From: Octopus bimaculoides
Lineage: Eukaryota
Direction: 5' to 3'
Assembly: GCF_001194135.2 (NCBI RefSeq)
Contig: NC_068981.1
Location: 119,880,663 to 119,944,662, forward strand
DNA: 64,000 nt
Shown here piece after piece: positions 27,001 through 39,335 of the stretch; the first letter of the stretch is position 1, and each line of letters starts with the position of its first letter. The position numbers and the translations under genes were made by a program. The notes beneath the pieces are model-generated. The model did no database searches, was not told where the DNA came from, and worked only from the letters and a program-made list of their open reading frames with translations.

Positions 27001-28037
27001 NNNNNNNNNNNNNNNNNNNNNNNNNNNNNNNNNNNNNNNNNNNNNNNNNNNNNNNNNNNNNNNNNNNNNNNNNNNNNNNNNNNNNNNNNNNNNNNNNNNN
27101 NNNNNNNNNNNNNNNNNNCCCATGCTAGCATGGAAAGCGGACGTTAAACGATGATGATGATACATATAATATCCTCATCATTAATTAGCATAATCATTTA
27201 AAGTCTGTTTTCCATGCTGGCATATATTTCAAATGGCTGTGTGGTTCATTATAGGTCCAGCCTCACCTTGCAACACTTTGGGCATCTACTAGTCCTGAGC
27301 TGATCAATGCCTTGTGAATTTGGTAGCTGGAGACTGTACAGAAGACCATGATATGTGTGCATGTGCCTATGTATGAGTGTGTGTCTGCCTGTGTTTATGT
27401 GAATGTTTACATTCTGCAGTTTGTATGAAAAGGTACTCAGCTGTAAATTGTTTGCTTGCTCTGAACTTTTGAAGATGAACAGAATAAAAAATTCCTTACT
27501 TGAAAATTAAAGGTTAATGACAGGAAGGGCATCCAGTTATAAAACATCTCAATAATATATATTCATCTAACCCATCCTAACATGAAAAACAGGTGTAAAA
27601 CAAATGAATGAATGACCAGTCCTGATGCCTTTATTAAAATTGTTGGCAGTGTATGTGAACTGGTAAAAACTCAGAAAAGAAAACTGATTCCACAATACTT
27701 GAAGATGAAGCATAGTTTTTTCTACTATAGCCACAAGGCCAGCAATTTTGAAGTTGACTCCATCAACCCCAGTGCTCAACTGTTACTTATTTTATCAACC
27801 TCGAAAGGATGAAAAGGAAAGTTGATCTTGATGGTATTTGCCAGATGAAATGCCACAAACCATTTTGTCTGGTGCAGTAACAATTCTTTCAAGCTCACTG
27901 CCTTTAATGAAGCATAAATAATAACATTGAGTTTACTGAGCCTAACAAGCAATGATAACATTTTAATGTAATTTACTTTATTTAGGTTGCTCTTGATTCA
28001 TTTGTTTTACATTCGGTCAGCAAAAATTCAGTTTAAA

Positions 28038-28440
28038 GGCACAGGCAGGCATGGCATTGTAGTAAGGAGTTTGCTTCCCAACCACATGGTTCCAAATTCA
28101 GTCCCATTGTGTGGTACCTTGGGCAAGTGTCTTCGACTATAGTCTAGGGTTGACCAAAGCTTTGTAAGTGGATTTGGTAACTGAAAGAAGCCTGTCATGT
28201 ATACATATGTGTGTATGTGTCTTTGTGTATGTTTGTCCTCCACCACAGCTTGGCAACCAGTGTTGGTGTGTTTATGTTCCTGTAAGTTAGTAGTTTGGCA
28301 AAAAGAAGTCAATAGAATAAATAGCAGGCTTTACAAGAAAATAATAAGTACTGAGGTCAATTCATTCAACTAAAATTCTTCAGGGTGGTGCCCCAGCATG
28401 GCCACAGTCTAATGACTGAAACAAGACAAAGAAAAAGGAA
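28038..28440 (+). mobile_element. tRNA-derived SINE, family A
   Basis: Head ...TTCCCAACCACATGGTTCCAAATTCAGTCCC...CACCTTGGGCAAG-like. Related copies at about 36130-36585(-), 47295-47700(+) and 49495-49900(+). Confidence 0.85.
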
Positions 28441-30281
28441 AGCTGAACTGAATTGGTAGACATGTCCTATACTGACAAGCTAATCAACAATACAGTTAAG
28501 AATATATAACAATACAAACAGATAGACTAAACTTGGCTTTAATATTAATAGATAACTGGCATAGTAATTTTTTTTTTTTTTTACATAACTGAACATCACT
28601 GTCTATGAAAAGATTATGAAATGCATCCACAAAGCAATAAAGAAAATAAGAATATTTGACAAATAAAAAATGCTCAGAAAATAAAGGAAGCAAAAAGAGA
28701 TATGTTGAGCAGAATAGCAATCATTTTTATATTGAAGCACATAAATATCAAATGGTTCAACAACTCATCAACTAGATGGATAGATAATTGGTTTCTTTTC
28801 ATTAAACATAATGACCTTATTTCATTTTATTGAAGGGAAATAGACACAAGACATAATGAAATTAAGGAATTTCCTCACAATAAAACGCTGAACATATTAG
28901 ACGGGTTTCAAAACTGGGGTAGATTTAGCCTACCCAAGGAATAAATTTATTGATTCTCAAATCTGAAGTTGAAATGGAAGTTTGAAATAGACCTATTTTG
29001 TGAAAATATACAAACTTTCTTTTTCCTTCAAGATTTTTGTATTAATGCCTTGTATTACATATTTCTTAATCACTGTTACTAATGGAATACTCTGATTCAG
29101 AAGACAATGTTTGGTTCTGGTATCAGTTGATCGTCAATTCATGAGTGAAATAACATCATTGTGTCCTATTTTCATTGTTATTTGAACTTAACCCATTACC
29201 TACCAGTGATCTCACATGAGATCACTTAAAAATTACAAATTTCGTAATTATCTGTCAATATTTACACATATCTAACCTTTTTGCTATATCTACTAGGTAT
29301 GTTTCTCTGATATTCAAATGAGGTTTGCTAATTTTTCACCCAATATCTCGCATGTTTCTATTTAAAATGTTATTTTGATCATTCCAGCGTGTTTCTAAGG
29401 CTGTTTTATGCTAGAAATCAAAGTTTCATAAAAAAAATTCCAGTTAATAGAATTATGGGAGGTAATGGGTTAATGTTGAAAACTATTTTAAATATCTTTT
29501 TTGTCATTCATTTCATGTACTGACTAAAACAGAGTAGAGGTAAATTTGTATTCACAAAATTGCCAAGGGGATAAATGGAATAAAAAAAGGTTGGAAACAC
29601 CTGGTATGTAAGTAAAAGGATTCATTAAGAGGTTGAAACTGTGCAGATTCAATTCGAGGGTTATTATCTGCTTTCAACCACTTACAAATGCAATGTCTTC
29701 TACTCTCTCTGGAGGTAGTACAAGATGTGTTGCTACCTCCACATACATCCACTCAATGCAACTATATTTCCTACCCGACAATAGACTCTTCTTTTAACAT
29801 TTATTACAATCCACCTCTGGTTTTATAATACGAAACCCATTTTAAAAATGTTCATATGTAACACTTAAAAAATTTTACCTTAATTTTATATATGGGTCTT
29901 TTGATAGGTCATTGATCCTAACACCAACTTAATAATGAAAAATGGTTATTTTATATAGTAAATATAATAGCTTTCCTAATTCTTTATCATTTTAAAAACT
30001 AATTGAAGCACATAGTATCAAATGCATCCATCTGACTAGTCTAAGACAGCTTGGAAATATCACAGATGTCCCACTTATTCTAATTAATTAGTCTCTTAAT
30101 ATAATTAGCAGTGTCTTCATCAATCTGTCCCTCAACTTGTCCTCTTTTGACATTGATGGCAGTCAGCTGCTATGGTACTTTCAATGCCTGAATTTCTGGA
30201 AATGGTGACAGATCACTCAGTTGATTTACAATACATTCACTATATCTATATTTCTAGGAAATGCTAACAGACATGTACATA

Positions 30282-30434
30282 CAGTCATGGCCAAAAGTTT
30301 TGAACAGCGGTCTGAAAATTAGAATTTTTATATTAAAATGGTCAAATATAAACGTATACATTTGAATTGAATTGTACTTGGGCATAACAATTTTAATTTT
30401 TTTTTTAAATGCTCCAAACTTTTGGCTACGACTG
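30282..30434. mobile_element. 153-bp Tc1-type MITE
   Basis: TA|CAGTCATGGCCAAAAGTTT...AAACTTTTGGCTACGACTG|TA. Confidence 0.85.
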
Positions 30435-32407
30435 TATATTCAATTGTCTGTATGAATTGTGTGTGTGTGTGTACATGCAAATAACTATAAAATTTAATAT
30501 TCCCCCCCCCCCCACTGTATTTTCTACAAATACCCACTAATTTATATGCAGGTATAAAAAATAGCAAACACCTGCCTATTAAATCACAAACTATTAAATC
30601 TTTGACAGATCTACAAACATTGGACTTCTAACCAAGCAAAATAAAAACTTAGAAACCCTAACAATTTCTGAGTTCCCTGGCCCACTTGGTTTTAAAATAG
30701 TTATAGAGATACATAGTAATCAAACAAGAAAAACTTTAAAATACAATTGTAAAGTGAGATCAGATGTCCATGTTTAAGTTATTTGTAATCAACAATTTCA
30801 GTCAAAACATATTAAACAGTCCTAGTTTAGGGGAGTGGCAAATGGAAGTTATAAGCTCATATCTTTTTCTTAAAGGCACCACTAAATGTAAGGGAAAAGG
30901 AAACGATTAACACTGGAGAAGCATAAAATTCAGTCTTAACTCTGTGGCAGGCCCTATAAGAGATGGGATTGGACATTCAACCTGTACATCAATTCAGGGC
31001 CTAGATAAGTAAGGATAGCTTGTGATAACCTGTCAGCACTCCAGCCTTAAAAAAAAACAGGAACTCACAGAGCCCTTAAATTCTGAGAGAAACATTACTC
31101 TCATACGTTTAAAGCAGTCTTGTTTTGTGTAGCTAGATTTCTCTCAGAGGTCCTGCCCTGTGGTGCTAAACAATGGAAGTTAAACAAAAAGCTAACTACA
31201 AGAAGCATTAACTAAATCTTATCCAAAAACAAAGAGGATAAAGAAAAAAAGTTCGTTTCTTGGCTGCATCATTGTCTTTTTGTCAAAAAAGTACTAGATA
31301 ACAATTTGATGCTGAAAATATCTACAACATTGATAAACTCAGATTCTAATACTTTACAATAAAATTATTTAGCTGTCTCAAGTGTAAAACAATTTTCAGT
31401 TGATGAGTTGCTCTACCAGTGAAACACAACATTAAAAGGAGTTTATGGAAAATAAAGGTAAAATAAAGGCGCCAAGTTATCAAATATATTACACACATAA
31501 CATCTTCAACAGCAGCTTCATTTTAAAATTACATATTTATAAAAGATACCCGTAATACTGATTTGATTTCATTCTTAGTTCTTTTTCTCTCAGTGTTTAG
31601 ACAGATCATGTAGTTCATTCGTTTTCTTTATTTTTTTTATTTTTTGTTGTTTTTTTTATTTGCTCAGGGAAGGGGAAAAAATTAATAATTCACTTCAACA
31701 CATTGTCTTTCAAATAAATAGTGTAATATTTTAAAATTTGAAAGCAATTAGCAAAAAAGCAGCAATATGAAGGTGGAATATGCTACATAAATGAAGAGGT
31801 TAAAAAACAAACAAATCATTAGAGTGAATGAAGACAGTCAAATATCCCAAATGTTAAAAGTACCCCGCTCCCACCTCAACCTAATGTAAACTGAGATTAT
31901 CTATGCAATTATTAGACAAAAACTCCCACAAGAGGAATTTAAAATCTAAAAACAACAAGCAAAAGATATGATCAGGTAACTGAAATATTTGGAAAATAAA
32001 GTCAATGAAGTTGGGAATAAATCTGGCCAGCTGGTGAAGGTAATAGACAAGATTCAATCTTTGTCAATGAAGTATATTCTACATTCTTGTTAGCAAGACT
32101 CAGAAGTGAACACACACGCACACACACACACACACACACACAGGGAATGTAGTTATGCAAATTATAAATACCAACAATAAAGTTGAGGGCAAGAACCCCA
32201 GGAAAATATCCTGTATAGTAAATATATATATGGTGGGGGCCTCACATATGTAATACATGAAGTTGAAAAACAATGGGTAACTGGGGTTATCCATGCAATT
32301 AGTAGACAAAAACTACTACTAAAGGTATTTAAAAACAATAAACATGGAAGATAATGTGAAGTCATGATTACAATGGGATTAGACAACAAAATTATTATTA
32401 TTATTAC

Positions 32408-32449
<42 letters not shown>

Positions 32450-32762
32450 AGTTATCATAGTAGCCAACACAAAAAAAAAAGCACTATACAATTAATTCCG
32501 GGATACAGTGATCATTTATAGCAAAAGCCGTGATAGTAAAATATTCAATTGGTCTTGTTCAGGTTCTGAAACACATAAAAGCCAACAAACTCAAATACAT
32601 ACCTTTATTAAAAAAAAAAATGCTGTATATGAATGAATGGAATGGTGTGAATAAGGTTTATTAAAATACTTCAGTCTATGTTATTTATGACCCTAATAAT
32701 GTAAGACAAACATTCTGATCAACAAAGAAACTATTATGATCATCTCTATTTATTATGATCAC

Positions 32763-32904
32763 TCTCTGAGTGGTTGGCGTTAGGAAGGGCATCCAGCTGT
32801 AGAAACTCTGCCAAATTAGATTGGAGCCTGGTGTTGCCATCCGGTTTCACCAGTCCTCAGTCAAATCGTCCAACCCATGCTAGCATGGAAAGCGGACGTT
32901 AAAC

Positions 32905-32948
<44 letters not shown>
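32763..32948 (+). mobile_element. Young RTE-tail/SINE copy, family B, with (GAT)n tail
   Basis: GTGGTTGGCGTTAGGAAGGGCATCCAGC...GGACGTTAAACG(ATG)n. Near-identical copies at 44755-45057(+), 58050-58280(+) and 62608-63190(-). Confidence 0.9.
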
Positions 32949-32951
<3 letters not shown>

Positions 32952-33756
32952 GATGTCCCTTTTTTTCTAAGCTGGCATGGGTTCGGTTGGACTAATGAAA
33001 TTAGATGAGACATACGAATCTTATTTAGGATTATAGCCATCATCATATGCCATATTCTACCAGAGGTGTGGTAACCACACTCTTTCTCTATGATAAACTG
33101 AAAGAAGGTACACTGGAAAGAAAATATACTGTAAGTGATCTCCCATGTCCTTCTCACAGCACAGCACAACCAGTTCTGAAAGGGATTGGAAGAGCAGTGT
33201 CAATCCTACTGCTGGTCCTTTATTAATCAACTCCAAAAGGATGAAAGATAAAACTGACCTTGGTGTGATTTGATTTAGGATATTCACCTGTATTTAGTTT
33301 GTGAATTAAATAAACAGTAATGTTTACATCGTTTTTGCTTTTACATTCATTAGTATAATATTGTGTATTTGTCTTGCAGGCTTTATACAAGTCACTTCAT
33401 ATACAATTTAACATTGATTAAATAGCCTTATCAAGACCAGCTTCAGTAAAGCCCTAAAACCTATAACAACCTAGCGTTATCTCCGGGCTCAGCTGAACTA
33501 TGGATTAGGAAACGTTACAACAGTTGTGATATGCTAACTCTTGATCCCCAAAAGCTAAAAGTATCTCATGGATCATTCATCAGATGTCATCAAGATATAA
33601 CAAAATGTAAAATTTTAAAGCTGATATTATCCTAAAGTTAAAAATAATTTATCTTCAGATTTGTTTTCTGCTAATTTTGAAAAAATTCATTGACTATATT
33701 ATGAAGTTAGAAGAACTTCAATCTGCTGGATCCAACTATGAGTTTAGTTACTTGGT

Positions 33757-33901
33757 CAGACATAGGCAACCTTTCTTGAGAAGCAGGCCACATGAGATAC
33801 AGCTCATTATCAGAGGGACTGCACACTAAAAGAAATTCAAGGTTATTTTTTGTTGGCATGCTATTCAGAAAGTCCTGAAGGTCACAGGTTGTCCATGACT
33901 G
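33757..33901. mobile_element. Decayed hAT-like MITE
   Basis: Ends CAGACATAGGCAACCT and AGGTTGTCCATGACTG; no TSD recognisable. Confidence 0.45.
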
Positions 33902-34898
33902 AACAAGAGCTTATTAACAACAAACTTCAGTTTAATATGTAGACAACGGAATGGGGAAATTTGAGAAATTAATGTATATTCTTTAACCTCTTTATATTTA
34001 CCAAAATAGAACAATTAAAAGTAACTTGCAAGAAAATAAAATACATTGGAAAATTAAATTTCTAAATGAAAGAAGAAAAAAATAACAGTAAGAAAGAAAG
34101 AAAAGCTATTTGAAAATGTAAACAATTTTATAGAAACAGACAAAATGCATGAAGTAAAAAGGTCTGCAGAATTTCCACCAAGTAATTTCATATCAGTTTC
34201 AGGAACAATCTGTAAACTGATGACACAGTTCAAAATGAGATACTTTCAATTTGGAATTGTAAAAGTTGAAAATAGTTATGGTTAAGTTCCAAATGAAATT
34301 ACATAGCAAGACATCCCAGTTTTATTAAAAGTCTTTTTCCCTTTTTCTTTGTTTTTTGTTGTTTTTTTTTTCTGATATTACCCCAAATTTGTTCTCACCA
34401 CTCTACCTCATTTTCCCTCCACCTAGGAGCATTCTTTTCTTTTGGAATTGGACTATTAATAATATTCAAAGAAAATGAAACAAAATTACAACAGAAAAGT
34501 AATTTAAAAACAAATTTCTATCATTCTTCAAATATTAACCAAAATTCTGTTTAAAAAAAATAAAAAAGATGAGGAAAACAAAAAGGAGTGCAACAAAAGG
34601 GAATAAAAAAAATAACATGATGAGAGAATAAATATTTTAAGAATTTCCATTGAATTTATAGAAAATTAAAAATCTCCACAACAGAGAAAATAATGAAATT
34701 CATTAAGTTGCCACACCCAGCCCTTCACAGTCATTTAAAATATGTCAGCCTAAAATATGATTTTTTTTAATGTTTTAGTGGGGGCAGTATTATTCAAATA
34801 AAAACTTTCCAAAGAAAACTATTAAAAATAAAAGAAAAGAAAAAAAATTAGAATTAGGAAAATAAAGCAGAACAAAAACCAAAAAAAAAACAAAAGAC

Positions 34899-34914
34899 TT
34901 TATTTGTATTTATT
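34899..34914 (-). promoter_or_regulatory. Tandem AATAAA polyadenylation signals about 150 nt after the CREB1 stop
   Basis: Two AATAAA (34914-34909 and 34904-34899) followed on the minus strand by a U/GU-rich tract. Confidence 0.45.
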
Positions 34915-35060
34915 ATTTTGAAGTGATTTGAAGATGCAATTGTTTGTAGTAAACTGTGGTTGAAATAAAAGTTAAAACTCAAATTGTTCGAAGAGTGAGA
35001 CCAGCGAACTGCTGTGTTGCCTCTTCATATTTAGGGAGAACATAATCGCCAAAATCCAAT

Positions 35061-35205
35061 TTATCCATCTTTTTGACAATACAATTCTTTTAATGCCTTC
35101 AATTCCTCTATTAATGTTTTGTTTTGATTTTCCAGAACAGATACTCGATTTTCCAGGCATTTCACATATTCTTTCTTCTTCCGTCGACATTCTGAAGCTG
35201 CCTCT
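35061..35205 (-). CDS. CREB1: CREB1/CREM-family bZIP factor, last coding exon (basic region C-half and leucine zipper)
   Basis: Acceptor ttttcag|A, phase 2. Reads (R)EAASECRRKKKEYVKCLENRVSVLENQNKTLIEELKALKELYCQKDG* with TAA at 35063-35061. Nearly identical to the CREB1 C-terminus as I recall it. Confidence 0.97.
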
Positions 35206-36730
35206 CTGAAAAACAGAAACAATTTTTAATACTTCAACAATCTAGTTTATTACATTGTTTTTAGACTAATGTTCTCCTAACAAGAAAGCAGAGAAAAAAC
35301 TGGATTATGAACTTGTAATCCAATATCTTATCCACCTGGCTTCTCCAAAATATGTAGCTAAGGTGCAAGTATGGCTGTTTGGGTACAGAGCTTGCATTGT
35401 AATCACATAGTTTCAAGTTATATCTCACTACGTGACTTCATGAACAGACATCTTCTTCTATAGTCTCAAGTTGATAAATGCCTTGTGTGTGTGTGGTGTG
35501 TGTGTGTTCATATTTGAGGCTAGGAGTCTGTGTGCCACTGCATGTATGTCTGTGCAAGTGCATACAAATGTTGAACTCCCTATCTTCACTTATTACCACC
35601 TGAGTGAAACTGTGGAGTAATGTTTACATTCTCTGTTGAAATTATGACTGGTCACTCTGCAATTTCATAGATAACAAAGTAAAAAAAAAAAAACCCTATC
35701 TTGGAAATAAGGATTGGCAACAGGGAGGGCATATGACCACGAAATGCTGCCTCAAAATAAGTCACCAGCAAAAATAGGTGTAAAACGATAAAAGGAATTA
35801 TACTGAACTAGGATGTTTTATAAGACTTTCTAATGTAACTTAATGCAACAGAATAAAGCATTTTAAGTATGTGAAGAGAAAAGGGTGTGAGTTATAAGCC
35901 ATTCAAATGTCCTGAGAAATAAGCATATTCAAATACTTTCTTTTCAGAAAAGTAAATAGCACTGAATCTAAGATACTTTGGATTAATATGTCCAAGACAG
36001 AAATCCTGTCCTTCTTCATATTTTGCACCATCCTCACTTAATTTCTATTTTTCAAGGGTTCTACATTTTTGTTTCAAAAATAACCATTTGATTCTAGAGA
36101 TAATGAGTCAGAAACAAATATAACAAAACTTTGATTGCTCATTCACAAACATCATGTCTTTGGTTCTTTTCCCATTTTGTTTATTCTTTTACTTGTTTCA
36201 GTCATTTGACTGTGGCCATGCTGGAGCACTGCCTTAAAAGTTTTTTAGTTGAAGAAATCACCCCCCCCCCCACGAACATATTCTTTGTAAGCCTAGTACT
36301 TATTCTAACAGTCTCTTTTGCTGAACTGCTAAATTATGGGCACGTAAACACACCAACATCAGTTGTCAAGTGATGGTGGCAGACAAACATAAAGACATAA
36401 ACACACACACACATATATATACATACACAATGAGCTTCTTTCAGTTTCCATCTACCAAATCCACTCACAAGGTTTTGGTTGGCCCAAGGCTATAGTAGAA
36501 GACACTTGCCCAAGGTGTCACACAGTGGGACTGAACCTGAAACCATGTGGCTGGGTAGCAAGCTTCTTACTGCACAGCCACTATGTTTAACATTTTATTT
36601 TATTTTTAAATGTAATTTCTGTTTTATTCACTAAATAACAGGCTAATAAAATTACAAATAGATTAAATTTTATTTCAAAACACCTTCAGCTATAACCAAT
36701 TTTGAAATAAACTTTATTTACAACTCTCAC

Positions 36731-36884
36731 CTGTTTTTTAATAGACGAAGTTCTCGCTTCCGAGCTGCTTCTTCTGATAATTGTTGAGGACTGGTAATTG
36801 GACTTCCAGTGGTTGCCATAACAACACCTTGAGGCAAAGATGTCGCAATCTGGTAAGCCTGCACATTTGTGCCACCAACTGTAA
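36731..36884 (-). CDS. CREB1: CREB1 penultimate coding exon (end of Q2 and start of basic region)
   Basis: ttttttag|TT...AACAG|gtgaga, 154 nt, phase 1 to 2. Reads (V)TVGGTNVQAYQIATSLPQGVVMATTGSPITSPQQLSEEAARKRELRLLKN(R) and joins the last exon in frame. Confidence 0.96.
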
Positions 36885-37222
36885 CTAAAAAAGCAAAACG
36901 AATGTTCAAAGAGGAAAAAACCAAAACCCAATTAACTTCCATATCTTTTATCTTTTACTTGTTTCAGTCATAAGACTGCGGCCATGCTGGGACACCACCT
37001 TGAAGAAGCCATGTGGTTGCCAAGCAAGTTCTTACCACACAACCATGCCTATTTGCATTTTTCTTAAAATGGTAATGAAAATAATTAAGTCCATGATGGG
37101 GTTCCTAAATTTTGTCATACTAAGTCTGTGATCTAGTTCTGTTAAATAAATGACCTAATTAGTACTGGGATTAAAATTCTTGACAGCATAATGGTTGAGG
37201 TTAAAGAGGAGTAGACGTTTAA

Positions 37223-37439
37223 CCCTTTAGTTTTAAAACTGGCCATATCTGGCTCAAATATTCTACTTGTTTTATGTTCAACCAGCCAGATATGACTTCT
37301 CACACCTACCCTACAATGTTATTCTAATAATAAAGTCATGTCATTGAAATATCAAAGCTATGAGACAATGCATGATTAATTCAAAACAATGTGAATAAAT
37401 AAGCTTTACAGTTGACAAAGTAATCTGAATACTAAAGGG
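37223..37439. mobile_element. piggyBac-type MITE
   Basis: TTAA|CCCTTTAG...CTAAAGGG|TTAA. Confidence 0.9.
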
Positions 37440-37459
37440 TTAAAGAATTTTTCTAACTC

Positions 37460-37900
37460 TGTAGAGGGAACATGTGGGAGGAGTAGACCCAGGAAGAGGT
37501 GGGATGAAGTGGAGAGAAAGCATCTACAAATGTTGGGAATTACAGAGGGGATGACAGGGGACCAAAACTCCTGGTGGTTTGCTGTGCTTGAAAAGATATG
37601 TCAAGCTGAGTAAAAGCATGGTTGCCCTTGCATACAGGCTCGTCTCCTGCAGCCTTCTCCAGCTGAGCATCCCTAATCATGCAGGCTCATTGGTGCTGGT
37701 GTCATGTAAAAAGTATCCATGCCAGTGCTACATAAAAGCACCCAGTACACTCTGTAAAATAGTTTACACTCTGTAAAAGAACATCCAGCCATAGAAACCA
37801 TGCCAAAACAGACATGGAGCCTGAACAGCCTTCAGCTGGTCAGCTCCTGTCAAACCATCCAACCCATGGAAAACTGACGTTAAATGAGGACGATGATGAT
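37460..37900 (+). mobile_element. RTE LINE 3' end with family-B tail
   Basis: EGTCGRSRPRKRWDEV...LGITEGMT, then tail and (GAT)n. Confidence 0.75.
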
Positions 37901-38699
37901 GGTAACAAAGGTTTTCTCAAGACAATGAGAATACCTCTACATGGATAATCATAGCCAGAATGCTTTTGATCATAGGTCTGCTCAACAGGGGCTTTCTATT
38001 GTTATTATGAAGAACTGTCTACACTGATTGACAGTTACCTAGCAATATAAACAAGAGAAATGGAAACAATATCCATACCTTCTCATATGTCATAACTGCA
38101 AGTGAAAAATCCTATCATTAGAAAAGTATGCTTATGACCGTAAGTAAATACTTATACATATCAAACATATGGAGCTTTGGAAAGTGAATGCTTATACTAA
38201 TAATTTCTCAGCAGTGTTATACTGAAACCAATATAGAAATAAAATCACTGTGTAAATTAAGACGCACTTTTCATTTGGCTGTCAAGGCAACAAGAGTTAA
38301 ATGAATTTTGACAAGAATCTTTATTAAGCTTGAAACCATATATTCATTTAGATATCTATACCCAGAACATGAACTTTATCCTCAAAGTGTCTTTCCGTGT
38401 ATATGTTTCAAATCATCATCATCATCATCATCATCATCAAGCATGTGTGTGTGTGTCTATCTATCTACACACACACACACATTGATCAGGCAATAATATT
38501 TTTAATACAGTGATAGAAACAAACATAAACATATCAGTTTTATCAACTTGAATCAATTTATTTCCTCTCTAAACACTTGTACAGCTTCTGATAAGCACTA
38601 CATTCAACAATGACTTACATTGGTTTCTTTAACCTTGAGAAGTTTAACAGAAGCCAATTTATTGCTCTTTAAAAGCAAATCTTCAACAGTATTTGGAAC

Positions 38700-39335
38700 A
38701 AATTGCTTGTTTATGAACCCCAATCATAACATCTCAAATTTCTTGGACCATAAGATTCCTGCAGCTTGACAACTTTACTATGGTGTAATAAATAGGGTTC
38801 TCTCACAGTTAAGCTAGTCTGGTGCAACACAGGCAAAGTCTGTTTCACTCTACCCTCCTTGTGCTTTATAATTTGTTCACTGTCTCTCCAAGCTACCCAT
38901 ATTACTTGACAGATAATTCTTCTCCAACCAATGTACAAATCTCAGAGAATCACACTGAAAACATCATACAATATGGACATGTACCAAAAGAGATGACAGA
39001 GGACTGAGATATGTGGCACATTGCTGTACTCAAGAAGGCCTGCCCACCACAATAAAATCAAGATCCTAAAACCAAGGTGTCACATAAAAAGCATTGGTGT
39101 GGGTGCTGGTGCCACATAAAAAGCAGTGGTGATGGTGCCATGTAAAAAGCACCCAGTACACTCTGTAAAGTGGTTTGCATTAGGAAGAGCATCCAGCCAT
39201 ACAAACCAAACCAAAACAGTCTATGTAACCTGGTGCCACCCTTGGCTTTACCAGTTCCTTTCAAGCTGTCCAAGCCATGCCAGCATGGAAAATGGACATT
39301 AAATGTTGTTGATGATGATAATGATGATGATGATG
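38700..39335 (+). mobile_element. Decayed RTE LINE 3' fragment with family-B tail
   Basis: Resembles the C-terminus of the RTE at 41611-42408; ends in (GAT)n. Confidence 0.6.

Noticed and set aside
28036-28042. Second miR-124 seed match
   Set aside because: Part of the SINE head sequence and far from the stop codon.
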